Shown: positions 31,802-41,051 of the stretch, in pieces
How positions within the stretch are numbered: the stretch's first letter is position 1
Layout of the letters: each line of letters starts with the position of its first letter
Source: Candidatus Eiseniibacteriota bacterium
GTDB taxonomy: Bacteria; Eisenbacteria; RBG-16-71-46; JABDJR01
Length of the DNA stretch: 64,000 bases
Direction of reading: 5' to 3'
Assembly: GCA_963762255.1 (NCBI GenBank)
Contig: CAVXKA010000001.1
Span: 1,152,001 to 1,216,000, forward strand
The notes under the pieces: generated by a model
Told to the model about the DNA's origin: nothing
Databases searched by the model: none
Seen by the model: only the letters and a program-made list of their open reading frames with translations
Translations under genes and position numbers: made by a program

Positions 31802-32606
31802 ATGTCACCGCACCTGCTTCCCGCCTGGAACAACCGCAAGGCCGTGATCGGCATGGTGCATCTGGCCGCGCTCCCCGGCGCGCCTCGGCATGCAGGGGAC
31901 CTGGGCGCGGTTCTCAAGGACGCGCTGCGCGACGCGAAGGCGCTGGCCGAAGGCGGTGTCGACGCGCTTATGATGGAGAACTTCTTCGACGTCCCCTTCT
32001 ACCCCGACAGCGTCCCACCCGGCACGATCGCCCACATGGCGGTCATCGCGACGGAGATCAAGCGGGCCTTCGCGCTTCCTCTGGGCGTGAACGTGCTGCG
32101 CAACGACGGCCTGGCCGCGCTGGCCGTCGCGGACGCCGCCGGCGCCGACTTCATCCGCGTCAACATCCTCTGCGGCGCGCGCATCGCCGACCAAGGGATC
32201 ATCCAGGGGCGCGCGCACGAGATCCTGCGTGAGCGGGCCCGGCTGGGCGCGCAGAGCATCAAGATCCTCGCCGACGTTTCGGTCAAGCACTCCGCGCCGT
32301 TCACCGCGATCGCGCTGGCGGATGAAGTCGAGGACACCGTGCAACGCGCGCTCGCCGACGGGCTCGTCGTATCCGGCACCGGCACCGGCAAGCCGGTCGA
32401 CGTCGAGCACCTGCGCGCGGTGCGCGCCGCGGCTGGCGGAGTGCCGGTGTTCGTGGGAAGCGGGGCGTCGTCGGAGACGGCAGGCATTCTGCGGGATCAC
32501 GCCGACGGCTTCATCGTCGGCACCTCGCATCAAGCGAGACGGCAAGGTGGGAAACCCGGTGGACGTGGAGCGCGTGCGGCGCTTCGTGGCGGCCTGCCGC
32601 GGTTAG
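31802..32606 (+). CDS. BtpA/SgcQ-family protein; frameshift near 32527
   Basis: IGMVHLAALPGAP, ENFFDVPF, GVNVLRND, ADVSVKH, SGTGTG, ADGFIVGT; continues as KRDGKVGNPVDVERV in the next frame. Confidence 0.85.
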
Positions 32607-33274
32607 ACTGCCGGTGCGCAGGTCCCGTTCGCGGACGCCCGCCGTTGAAGCGCCCCCGCGTCCAGAACCTGGAGATGCCCTCGGCTGGTGGCCACCCAAC
32701 CCGACCGCTCGAACCCTTTGATCTCGCGGATCGCGGTCTCCACCGTGACCCCGGCAAGCTCGCCCAGCTCGCGACGCGTGAGCGGGAGATCCTCGCCGAG
32801 CTTCTCCACCATGCTCAGGATCTTGGCTGCCACCCGCGCTCCCGCATCGGAGCCGCACTCCTGACAGGCCACGTCGCGCAGGCTCAGGCTGAATCGCTCG
32901 AGAACGGTCTGACCGAAGCGCGGATAGCTGGTCAGGCACTCCCGGAACAAGGCGGCGGAGACGCGCAGGACCGTGCTCGAGGACACCGCGATCGCGCTGA
33001 CCGGATACGGTCGCCGGTCGAGGATGGGAAGGCAGCAGAACGTATCGCCGGGGGCGTGCACGCAGACCGCAAAGACCCTTCCGTCCGGCCGCAGATGCTG
33101 AAGATGAACGCGCCCTCGCAGAACGGTGAAGGCGAAGTGGGAGGTGGCCCCCTCCTCGAAGAGGACTTCGCCCTTCTTGACCTCCAACTCAACCGCCTCC
33201 GCCGCGATCCGGCGGTAGATGGGCGCGGGGAGGAGATCGTAGGGGAGACCGGGTGGCATGCTCGGACGAGTCAT
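32603..33274 (-). CDS. Crp/Fnr-family transcriptional regulator
   Basis: KKGEVLFEEG..GRVHL (cNMP-binding fold); LPLTRRELGELAGVTVETAIREIKGFERSGWV (Crp HTH). Confidence 0.9.
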   Translation of the reverse strand: MTRPSMPPGLPYDLLPAPIYRRIAAEAVELEVKKGEVLFEEGATSHFAFTVLRGRVHLQHLRPDGRVFAVCVHAPGDTFCCLPILDRRPYPVSAIAVSSSTVLRVSAALFRECLTSYPRFGQTVLERFSLSLRDVACQECGSDAGARVAAKILSMVEKLGEDLPLTRRELGELAGVTVETAIREIKGFERSGWVATSRGHLQVLDAGALQRRASANGTCAPAV

Positions 33275-33423
33275 CTTTGGATTTCCTTGGCCGGGAACGC
33301 TAAGACACCTCTGAATCCGTGTCAAGTGAATGTTAGTTAATGAGATAGAGAATCAAGAGGGAGGCGGCCTCTGGGCGCCCCATACGAAAATCGTCCTCCC
33401 TGGGAGTATCTTCCGTGGAGGGT

Positions 33424-33915
33424 ATGTATCTCTCCATCATGAACACCACGATTGGCCAGTCCATCCAACAGCGGCGCCCCTTCTCATCTGCCGAGGTCGA
33501 GCCCTTTCTCACCCTGGCCAGGGCCTGGCAGGTCGTGGCGGAGCGGGCAAACGCTCCCATCTGCGCTGCGGGGCTCTCCGTGCCTCAGTACAACGTCCTG
33601 CGCATTCTGCGCGGGGCCGAACCCGAGGGGCTGCAGACCTACGAGGTCGCCGAACGGATGGTCGCGCGGGCCCCGAACATCACCCGCCTCGTGGACAAAC
33701 TCGAGGTCGGGGCTTTGCTCACTCGGACCCGGTCCACCGAGGACCGCCGGGTGGTCAGGCTTCGCATCACGGCCCAGGGCATGCAACTCCTCGATCGTCT
33801 CGACGCCCCGGTGGGTGCGAGCGTGAAGGACGCCATGCAGGGTTTGAACGCCGCGGAGCTCGAAGAGCTGCGCCGCCTTCTCGATCGGTTGCGCGAACCC
33901 CTTGAACAAGAGTGA
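33424..33915 (+). CDS. MarR-family regulator
   Basis: GLSVPQYNVLRIL, NITRLVDKLE, EDRRVVRLRITAQG. Confidence 0.9.
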   Translation: MYLSIMNTTIGQSIQQRRPFSSAEVEPFLTLARAWQVVAERANAPICAAGLSVPQYNVLRILRGAEPEGLQTYEVAERMVARAPNITRLVDKLEVGALLTRTRSTEDRRVVRLRITAQGMQLLDRLDAPVGASVKDAMQGLNAAELEELRRLLDRLREPLEQE

Positions 33916-33946
33916 ACCAAGACAATTGCCCTCGAAAGGAAAAACC

Positions 33947-34555
33947 ATGAAACGCTCCTTCATTCCGACAATCACGCTGGCTACTCTGGCCTTCGTCCCC
34001 AATCTGGCCGCGGCCGAGACCTGGGATATCGACCCCACGCACACCTCGGTGGGCTTCGAGGTGCGCCACCTCTTCACGAAGGTGGCGGGCAAGTTCAACG
34101 AAGTGAGCGGGACCATCGTCTTCGACCCGGCCAATCCAACCGCCGCGTCCGCCACGATCACGATCCCGACGGCGAGCATCGACACGAAGAACGACCGACG
34201 CGACACCCACCTCAAGAGCGCGGACTTCTTCGACGCCGCGAACAACCCGACCATCACCTTCAAGAGCACGAAGGTCGAGAAGGCGGGCGAGAGCACGTTC
34301 AAGGTGACCGGCGATCTCACCATGCGCGGCGTGACCAAGCCGACCGTGCTCGACGTGGAGTTCCTGGGCTCGGGGCCGCATCCCATGATCCCGGGCGGCA
34401 AGGTGGCGGGGTTCAGCGCGACCACCAAGGTCAACCGCAAGGACTTCGGCATCAACTGGAACAAGACCCTGGACACCGGCGGCACGCTCTTGAGCGACGA
34501 CGTGGACATCCGCATCGACGTGGAGGCCGTGCATAAGCCCGCCGAAGCGAAGTAG
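33947..34555 (+). CDS. YceI-family periplasmic protein
   Basis: WDIDPTHTSVGF, SIDTKNDRRDTHLKSADFFD, GDLTMRGVTKP, NRKDFGINW. Confidence 0.93.
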   Translation: MKRSFIPTITLATLAFVPNLAAAETWDIDPTHTSVGFEVRHLFTKVAGKFNEVSGTIVFDPANPTAASATITIPTASIDTKNDRRDTHLKSADFFDAANNPTITFKSTKVEKAGESTFKVTGDLTMRGVTKPTVLDVEFLGSGPHPMIPGGKVAGFSATTKVNRKDFGINWNKTLDTGGTLLSDDVDIRIDVEAVHKPAEAK

Positions 34556-34565
34556 AATCCCCCGT

Positions 34566-35507
34566 GTGAATATCTGGTGGATCGTCGCCGCGGCGGTGGG
34601 GCTCGCAGGAGTTCCCATCGTCGCGGTTTCTCTCATCGCATGGAAGAGCTTCACCCCGCCGCGCACGGAGGGGGAGATCCCCGCGGACATCGTTCGCGAC
34701 CGGCTCGAATCGGTCACGTTCCTCTGTGCCGGGCGAAACCTGAACGCGTGGATCTACAAACCGAGCGGCGATCCGCACGGCTTGGTCATCCTCGCGCATG
34801 GATGGGGGAGCACCGCGGCCAACATGCTGAATTGGTCACGGTTCCTCGCCGAGGGGGGCTGGGCCTCTCTGGCCTTCGACATGCGCGGTCACGGCCAGAG
34901 CGACGGCGGCGACTGCATGAGCCTGCCGCGCCTCACCGAGGACGTCGAGCAGGCCTCCGCCTTCGTCGATTCGCGCGCGGACCTCGCGCAGTTGCCCCGC
35001 GCGATCCTCGGCCATTCGATGGGGGGCGCGGCAGTGCTGTTGGCGCTATCGCGGGGTCTGCCCGCGCGAGCCGCCGTCATCTCCAGTTCGTTCGCCCGCG
35101 TGGAGACGGCCACCGACTACGTGCTCCGCAAGCGGCTTCTCCCTCCCGTGCTCTTCCGCCGAGTGGTGAAGGGGGTCTGGAGCGTGCGCCTGGGGCGGGG
35201 GATGGGTGCCTTGGAGCCCGAGCGCACCGTGCGAGGCGTCACGGTGCCGCTCCTCCTCACCCACGGCACGCAGGATCCCACGGTTCCGCTGCGCGAGCTG
35301 CGGCGGCTGGAGGCCTCGGCGGATCCCCGCCTGACCGAGGTTCTGCTCGTTCCCGGCGCCGCGCACTCCAACCTGACGGAGTTTCCGGCCTACCGCGACG
35401 GAGTGCTGCGGTTTTTGGAGGAGCGGCTTGGTGGAGCGGCGCAGCCCGGCGAGGCAGTAAGGCTCAGCGTGACGGGCGGCATCTATCCCCGCGAGAATGC
35501 GAAATAG
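34566..35507 (+). CDS. Membrane-anchored alpha/beta hydrolase
   Basis: HGW, FDMRGHGQS, GHSMGG, HGTQD, GAAH. Confidence 0.9.
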   Translation: MNIWWIVAAAVGLAGVPIVAVSLIAWKSFTPPRTEGEIPADIVRDRLESVTFLCAGRNLNAWIYKPSGDPHGLVILAHGWGSTAANMLNWSRFLAEGGWASLAFDMRGHGQSDGGDCMSLPRLTEDVEQASAFVDSRADLAQLPRAILGHSMGGAAVLLALSRGLPARAAVISSSFARVETATDYVLRKRLLPPVLFRRVVKGVWSVRLGRGMGALEPERTVRGVTVPLLLTHGTQDPTVPLRELRRLEASADPRLTEVLLVPGAAHSNLTEFPAYRDGVLRFLEERLGGAAQPGEAVRLSVTGGIYPRENAK

Positions 35508-35636
35508 GCGCATTTCGCACCGTGAATCCCAAAGATTGAGCGGCCCCGGCCGATGGATTAGACTAGTGCGGACGCGATTCCCAGGCGGGCTGCGGGGATC
35601 GGGAGATCCGCGTGTGCGTTGGGTGAGGGTTCACGC

Positions 35637-36674
35637 ATGAAGAGGTCGTTTCGCCGGATGAGCGTCGTCCTGAGCGTCCTCCTGGCGTTCGTCGCCGGGA
35701 CGTCGGCGCAATGCGACCCGCTCCCGGCCTCCTCTCCCGCCGCGGCCTCCTCACTCGCCACGGTCTGCCCGGACACGCTCCGCCTCGCCACCGGTTCCGT
35801 GGGCGGCACCTTCCTTCCCGTCGGTCACGATCTCGCGGAGTGGTTGAACGTTGCCTTGCCCGGTTTCGTGATCGTCATCGACACCACCGCCGGCTCCGTG
35901 GACAACATAGAGCGCCTCGTCCGCGGCCAGGCCGACATCGCGATCGTGGCCGGACACCCCTTCCGCGAAGTGCTGAGAGGCCACGGGACGATGGCCGACG
36001 AGGCGCAGAACCTCTGCACGATCGGCACGCTCTACGAGGACGCGGAGCAGTTCGTGGTGCGCAGCTCGCTCGTGCGGGCGGGGAACCTGCTCGACCTGAG
36101 CGGACTCCTCATGTACCCCGGTCCGCACAACAGCGGCGGCGAGCTGGATACGCGCCGCATCCTCACCGCGCTCGGCATCGAGCCCCGCTACGTCTACGTG
36201 GACGAGCGCGACAAGGGGTACACCGCCGCGGCGGAGGCGCTAGTGGCGGGCGGTTTCGACGCGTGCACGTTCTCGGGCGGCGTTCCGATCGTGGCTCTCA
36301 CGGAGCTCTTGCGGGACCATCCCGGCGAGTACACGATCCTTCCCTTCACGCGGCACATGCTGAATCGCTTGCAGCATTACGAGAAGGGATTCGAGGGCGT
36401 GATGATCCACCCCGAGGACTATCCGGGGCTCACGCGCGACATCCAATCGGTGGGCGGGCCCAACATGCTGGTGGCCGGCGCGAACCTGCGCGAGGAGATC
36501 GTGGCTGCCCTCGACAGCGCGATCCGCCAGGGGATCAGCGTGCCGGGACAGGGGTTGCGCGCCAGCGACGTGCACATGGTCTTGCAGGCGCTGGATGCCG
36601 CCCTCTGGAACCAGACGACGGTGGGGACGCGCTGTCAGCTTCCCGCGACCGCCGGCCTTCCCAGCACGCCGTAG
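35637..36674 (+). CDS. TAXI-family TRAP solute-binding protein
   Basis: LATGSVGGTFLPVG, TAGSVDNI, LYEDAEQFVVR, SGG. Confidence 0.85.
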   Translation: MKRSFRRMSVVLSVLLAFVAGTSAQCDPLPASSPAAASSLATVCPDTLRLATGSVGGTFLPVGHDLAEWLNVALPGFVIVIDTTAGSVDNIERLVRGQADIAIVAGHPFREVLRGHGTMADEAQNLCTIGTLYEDAEQFVVRSSLVRAGNLLDLSGLLMYPGPHNSGGELDTRRILTALGIEPRYVYVDERDKGYTAAAEALVAGGFDACTFSGGVPIVALTELLRDHPGEYTILPFTRHMLNRLQHYEKGFEGVMIHPEDYPGLTRDIQSVGGPNMLVAGANLREEIVAALDSAIRQGISVPGQGLRASDVHMVLQALDAALWNQTTVGTRCQLPATAGLPSTP

Positions 36675-36719
36675 CGCTCCGCGGGTCCGCCCCCTGCGCG
36701 CGGCTACTTCAGCGGGCGT

Positions 36720-38093
36720 CTATTCCAACGCGGCCAGGCTTGCCAGCAATTCCTCGTTCGTCGAGTGCCGCTGCATGAGCTTCAAGAGGCCGAGCATCGC
36801 CTGATCCGGCGGATACGACGCGGCCAGCCGACGCAGCTTGTGGAGCCGGCCGACCTGATCCTCCGGGTAGAGCTTCTCTTCCTTGCGCGTCCCGCTCTTG
36901 CCGATGTCGACCGACGGGAAGATGCGCTTCTCGAAGAGATCGCGCGAGAGCACGAGTTCCGTGTTCCCGGTCCCCTTGAACTCCTGGAAGATGACCTCGT
37001 CCATGCGAGATCCCGTGTCCACGAGGGCCGTACCGAGGATGGTGAGGCTTCCCCCGTCCTCGACCTTGCGCGCCGCGCCAAAGATCTGGCGCGGAGCAAG
37101 CATGGTGGTGGCGTCGAGACCGCCGCTCAACGTGCGCCCCGAGTTCCCCTGCACCGTGTTGTAGGCGCGGGCGAGTCGGGTGATCGAGTCGAGCAGCAGC
37201 ACCACGTCCTTGCCCTCCAGCACCGGCGGGACGATCGTGTTGATGCAATCCTCGGTGATGGAGATGTGGTCGCGCGTCGACATGTCGCTGGAAGCGGCGT
37301 AGACGGTGGCGTGGGTGCTGCGGCGGAAGTGGGTGACTTCCTCCGGGCGCTCGTCCACGAGGAGCGCGTACACGGCCACTTCCGGGTGGTTCACGTGCAG
37401 CGCTTCCGCGACCTGGATCAGGATCGTGGTCTTGCCCGCCTTGGGCGGGGAGACGATGAGCGCGCGCTGGCCGCGCCCGATGGGGGCGATGAGGTCGAGC
37501 ACGCGCATCGATACCTGATCCGGCGTGGTCTCGAGCTGATAGCGCTGATGGGGATCGATGGTCACCTGCTGCTGCAAGAGCTTCAGGATATCGAGTCCCT
37601 TGGGCCGCTCCGGTCCGGCGATGCGGCCGGATTGGATGGGCCGACGGCGATTGTTGAAATTGCTGCGGCGCGCTTCCTGGTTCTCGGCAGCGCCGAGGCG
37701 GGAGGCGGTGGCGTCGCGGATGCCCTCGGGGCGCGGGCCCCGCGAGTCGACGCGGCGACGGCGGCGTCGCGGCGGAGGCCCCTGGCTCCTGGGGGCGCCT
37801 GCCGAAGGGCCGTTGTTGCCCCCGTCCGCGCCCTCGCGCGGAAGACGGCGACGGTGGCGCATCTGCTGCTGCGGCGGGCCCTCGGGGGAGCCCTCCGGAC
37901 GCGGAGGGCGGGGAACGTCACCCGAGGGAGCGGGGTTGCCTTCACCTCGGATCCGGCGGAGCACCTCACGGGTTTCCGTGGCGGCCGGTGCCGGCTCCCC
38001 ATCCCCACCAGGGGTATAGGGTGCATCGGAGTCCGAGCGAATACGCCGGCGGCGCACGCGGCGCGGGCGCCGGGGTTGTCTTTCTTCAAACAT
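36720..38093 (-). CDS. rho: Rho termination factor homologue lacking the canonical N-terminal RNA-binding domain
   Basis: RVLDLIAPIGRGQRALIVSPPKAGKTT, LVDERPEEVT, DSITRLARAYN, SGRTLSGG, FKGTGN, SGTRKEE; N-terminal ~165 aa are Arg/Pro/Gly-rich. Confidence 0.9.
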   Translation of the reverse strand: MFEERQPRRPRRVRRRRIRSDSDAPYTPGGDGEPAPAATETREVLRRIRGEGNPAPSGDVPRPPRPEGSPEGPPQQQMRHRRRLPREGADGGNNGPSAGAPRSQGPPPRRRRRRVDSRGPRPEGIRDATASRLGAAENQEARRSNFNNRRRPIQSGRIAGPERPKGLDILKLLQQQVTIDPHQRYQLETTPDQVSMRVLDLIAPIGRGQRALIVSPPKAGKTTILIQVAEALHVNHPEVAVYALLVDERPEEVTHFRRSTHATVYAASSDMSTRDHISITEDCINTIVPPVLEGKDVVLLLDSITRLARAYNTVQGNSGRTLSGGLDATTMLAPRQIFGAARKVEDGGSLTILGTALVDTGSRMDEVIFQEFKGTGNTELVLSRDLFEKRIFPSVDIGKSGTRKEEKLYPEDQVGRLHKLRRLAASYPPDQAMLGLLKLMQRHSTNEELLASLAALE

Positions 38094-38498
38094 GGTTGTT
38101 CTTCATCCCTCGAAGGTTGGGACTTCTAGCGACAAGCTGAGTTGGACTGATCGTATCTGGACGATCGGTGTCACGCTCCGGTAGTCGCGCGGAATATGGC
38201 GCGACCGCTAAGTCAACCGGGGCCGGTATTCAACTTAAGGGGCCGGTTCAAGGTTGAATCACCGGACGGGGCTAATCGACTTCCCGCTCCGGCCTGCTAC
38301 GCCCACGTCATGGGGGCGGAGGCCGGGGTCTCGGAAGCGTCGGGCTGGGTCCGCCGCTCCTGGCCCTCGTTATCGGCGGCGACCCAAGGCCCCATTAGGA
38401 TGCACGCTCCGAGGCGCCTCGTCCAGCATTTCCTTAGTTCTTTCGAGGGGCGGGCCCCCAGGCCCCTGCCGCGACTCCGCAACGCGGGCCGCGCGCCC

Positions 38499-40326
38499 CT
38501 ACTCCTTCTCCCGCCGCCTGACCGGCCGCTCGTTGGCCTTCAGGATGCGCTTACGCAACCTGAGCGACTTGGGCGTGACCTCCAGGAGTTCGTCCTCGGC
38601 AATAAATTCCAGGTTCTGCTCCAGAGACAGCACGCGCGGCGGGACCAGCTTGGTGGTGATCTCGGAAGTGGAAGAGCGCATGTTGCTGAGCTTCTTCTCC
38701 TTCACGATGTTGACGTTGATGTCGTCCTCGCGCGAGTTCTCGCCGATGATCATCCCCTCGTACACGGAGAGCCCCGGCTCCACGAAGATGTCGCCGCGCG
38801 ACTGCAAGTGCTCGATCGCGTAGGCGGTGACGGGGCCGGTGCGATCGGCCACCAGGGCGCCGGTCGTGCGGTGCGGGATGTCGCCCGTCCACGGAGCGTA
38901 GCCGGCGAAGAGGTGGTTCATGATGCCGGTGCCGCGCGTGTCGGTGAGGAACTCGGTGCGGTAGCCGATGAGTCCCCGCGAAGGGACGTCGAACTCCAGG
39001 CGCACGCGGCCGCTGCCGTGGTTGACCATCTTGGTCATGCGTCCCTTGCGCATGCTGAGCTTCTGCGTGACCGCGCCCACGTAGTCGTCGGGGACGTCCA
39101 CCACCACGTCTTCCATCGGCTCGTGGATGGCGTCGTTGACGATCTTGGTGATGACGGTGGGCTTGCCCACGCTCATCTCGTAGCCCTCGCGGCGCATGGT
39201 TTCGATGAGGATGGCGAGCTGCAGTTCGCCGCGGCCGGAGACCTTGAAGGCGTCGGTGGTCGCGCCTTCCTCCAGTCGCGAGCGCGACGTTGCGGTGCAT
39301 CTCGCGTTCCAGGCGCTCGCGCAGGTGGCGCGAGGTGACGTAGTTGCCGTCGCGGCCGGAGAACGGCGAATCGTTGATCGTGAAGACCATGGAGATCGTG
39401 GGCTCGTCCACGATGATGGGGGGAAGCGGCATCGGGTTCTCGACGTCGGTGACGGTCTCGCCGATGTCGATCGCCTCGAGGCCGGCGATGGCCACCAGAT
39501 CGCCGGGGTTGGCTTCGGCGACCTCCGTGCGCTTCAGCCCTTCGAAGCCGTAGAGCTTGGTGATCTGGCCCTTGACCACGGTGCCGTCGCGGCGGCAGAC
39601 GGCCACGATGTCGCGCGCGCGGATGCGGCCGTTGACCACGCGGCCCAACGCGACGCGGCCCACGTAGTCATCGTAGTCGTAGTTGGCGATCAGGACCTGC
39701 AGCGGCGCGTCAGGATCTCCCTGCGGAGCGGGGATGAACTTGTTGATGGTCTTGAAGAGCGGCTCCAGGTTCTCCTGGGGATCGGTGAGCTTGAGGGCGC
39801 AGGTGCCCTCGCGGGCGACGGCGTAGAGGACGGGGAACTCGATCTGGTGCTCGCCGGCGTCGAGGTCGATGTAGAGGTCGTAGATCTCGTTCAAGACCTC
39901 TTCCACGCGCGCGTCCTTGCGATCGATCTTGTTGATGACCACGATCGAGGGGAGGTGCAGCTCCAGGGCCTTTCCCAGCACGAATCGCGTTTGCGGCAGG
40001 GGCCCCTCCGAGGCGTCCACGAGGAGGAGGATGCCGTCCACGAGCTTCAGGATGCGCTCAACCTCGCCGCCGAAGTCGGCGTGGCCGGGGGTGTCGAGGA
40101 TGTTGACCTTGACCCCGCCGTGGATGACGGCGGTGTTCTTGGACATGATCGTGATGCCCTTTTCGCGCTCCAGGTCGTTGGAGTCCATGACCCGCTCCAC
40201 GACCTCCTGGTTCTCGCGGAAGACGCCGCTTTGCCAGAGCATGGCGTCGACGAGGGTGGTCTTGCCGTGGTCCACGTGGGCCACGATGGCGATGTTGCGC
40301 AGGTCATTGCGGACGGTCTGAGCCAT
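38499..40326 (-). CDS. typA: Translational GTPase TypA/BipA; frameshift near 39270
   Basis: [46 protein letters not shown]; [17 protein letters not shown] in a second frame. Confidence 0.95.
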
Positions 40327-40499
40327 GGGGTTCTCTGAAGCCTCCGAAGGGCGTTGTGGGACTAGAGCTTGGCGTCCTGGCGCGGCTGGCCGGCGGTTCT
40401 GAAGCCGGTACTGCTTGCGAGCCGGGGCCGGGATCTAATGGCAAAAGGGAGCGCGCCCCGTGCGGCGCACGTCAGGGCAGGCAAATCATTCGGCGGAGG

Positions 40500-40528
40500 A
40501 GAGTAGCAGGAAGGGGAGGGGGAGGCAA
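40500..40528 (-). promoter_or_regulatory. sigma70-type typA promoter
   Basis: TTGCCT-17 bp-TACTCT with an extended -10 TG on the minus strand. Confidence 0.6.
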
Positions 40529-40790
40529 GGGAGGGGGGCAGGGACTTTCAGGGTAGCTCCCGATTCACCAAGTCTGAACAAGCCACACCGTTATTAAGAC
40601 TTCGCCCGCAAGTCTTAATAGGGTTTTGATGCAGGTGCAACCGCTTTCAGAATAGGTGGTCCCGGTGGTCACGGAGCCTCATGGGGGCTGGTGGTGGCTC
40701 CGGGAGAGGAGGAAGCAACCCAGCGCGACACCGTCTTGGCCCCCTTGTTTGCGGGGGCGAAAACAATGCCGAGCACTATTAGCGGAACCG

Positions 40791-40995
40791 GCCCTTTTCG
40801 CGCTCCAGGCCGTTGGAGTCCAGGACCCCCTCCAGGACCTGCTAGTTCTCGCGAAAGACGCCGCTCTGCCAGAGCATGGCGTCGACGAGGGTCGTATTTC
40901 GGGCCAGTGAACGCGCCCCGTGCGGCGCACGTCAGGGCAGGCGAATCATTAGGCAAAAGGGGGTAGCAGAAGATGGGGTGGAGGCAAGTGGGGGC
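40791..40995 (-). pseudogene. Degenerate duplicate of the typA 5' coding region and promoter
   Basis: 40791-40895 matches 40156-40260 at 96/105 nt by hand count, with an in-frame CAG>TAG change; 40912-40950 matches 40452-40490 at 38/39; a promoter-like copy follows. Confidence 0.85.
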
Positions 40996-41051
40996 TACGA
41001 AGGCGCGTGCCCGTTTGTGTGCCGCCATCGTGAGGTGGGGCTTGCCTCCCT

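Noticed and set aside
31802-33340. 512-aa ORF suggesting a BtpA fusion protein
   Set aside because: Read-through caused by a frameshift near 32527; the extension is antisense to the Crp gene.
38100-38495. Possible structured ncRNA between typA and rho
   Set aside because: GC-rich hairpins are present, but I recognise no tRNA, riboswitch or other RNA family; an Rfam scan would be needed.
39197-39300. Programmed frameshift in typA
   Set aside because: No slippery sequence; same indel pattern as the other probable errors.
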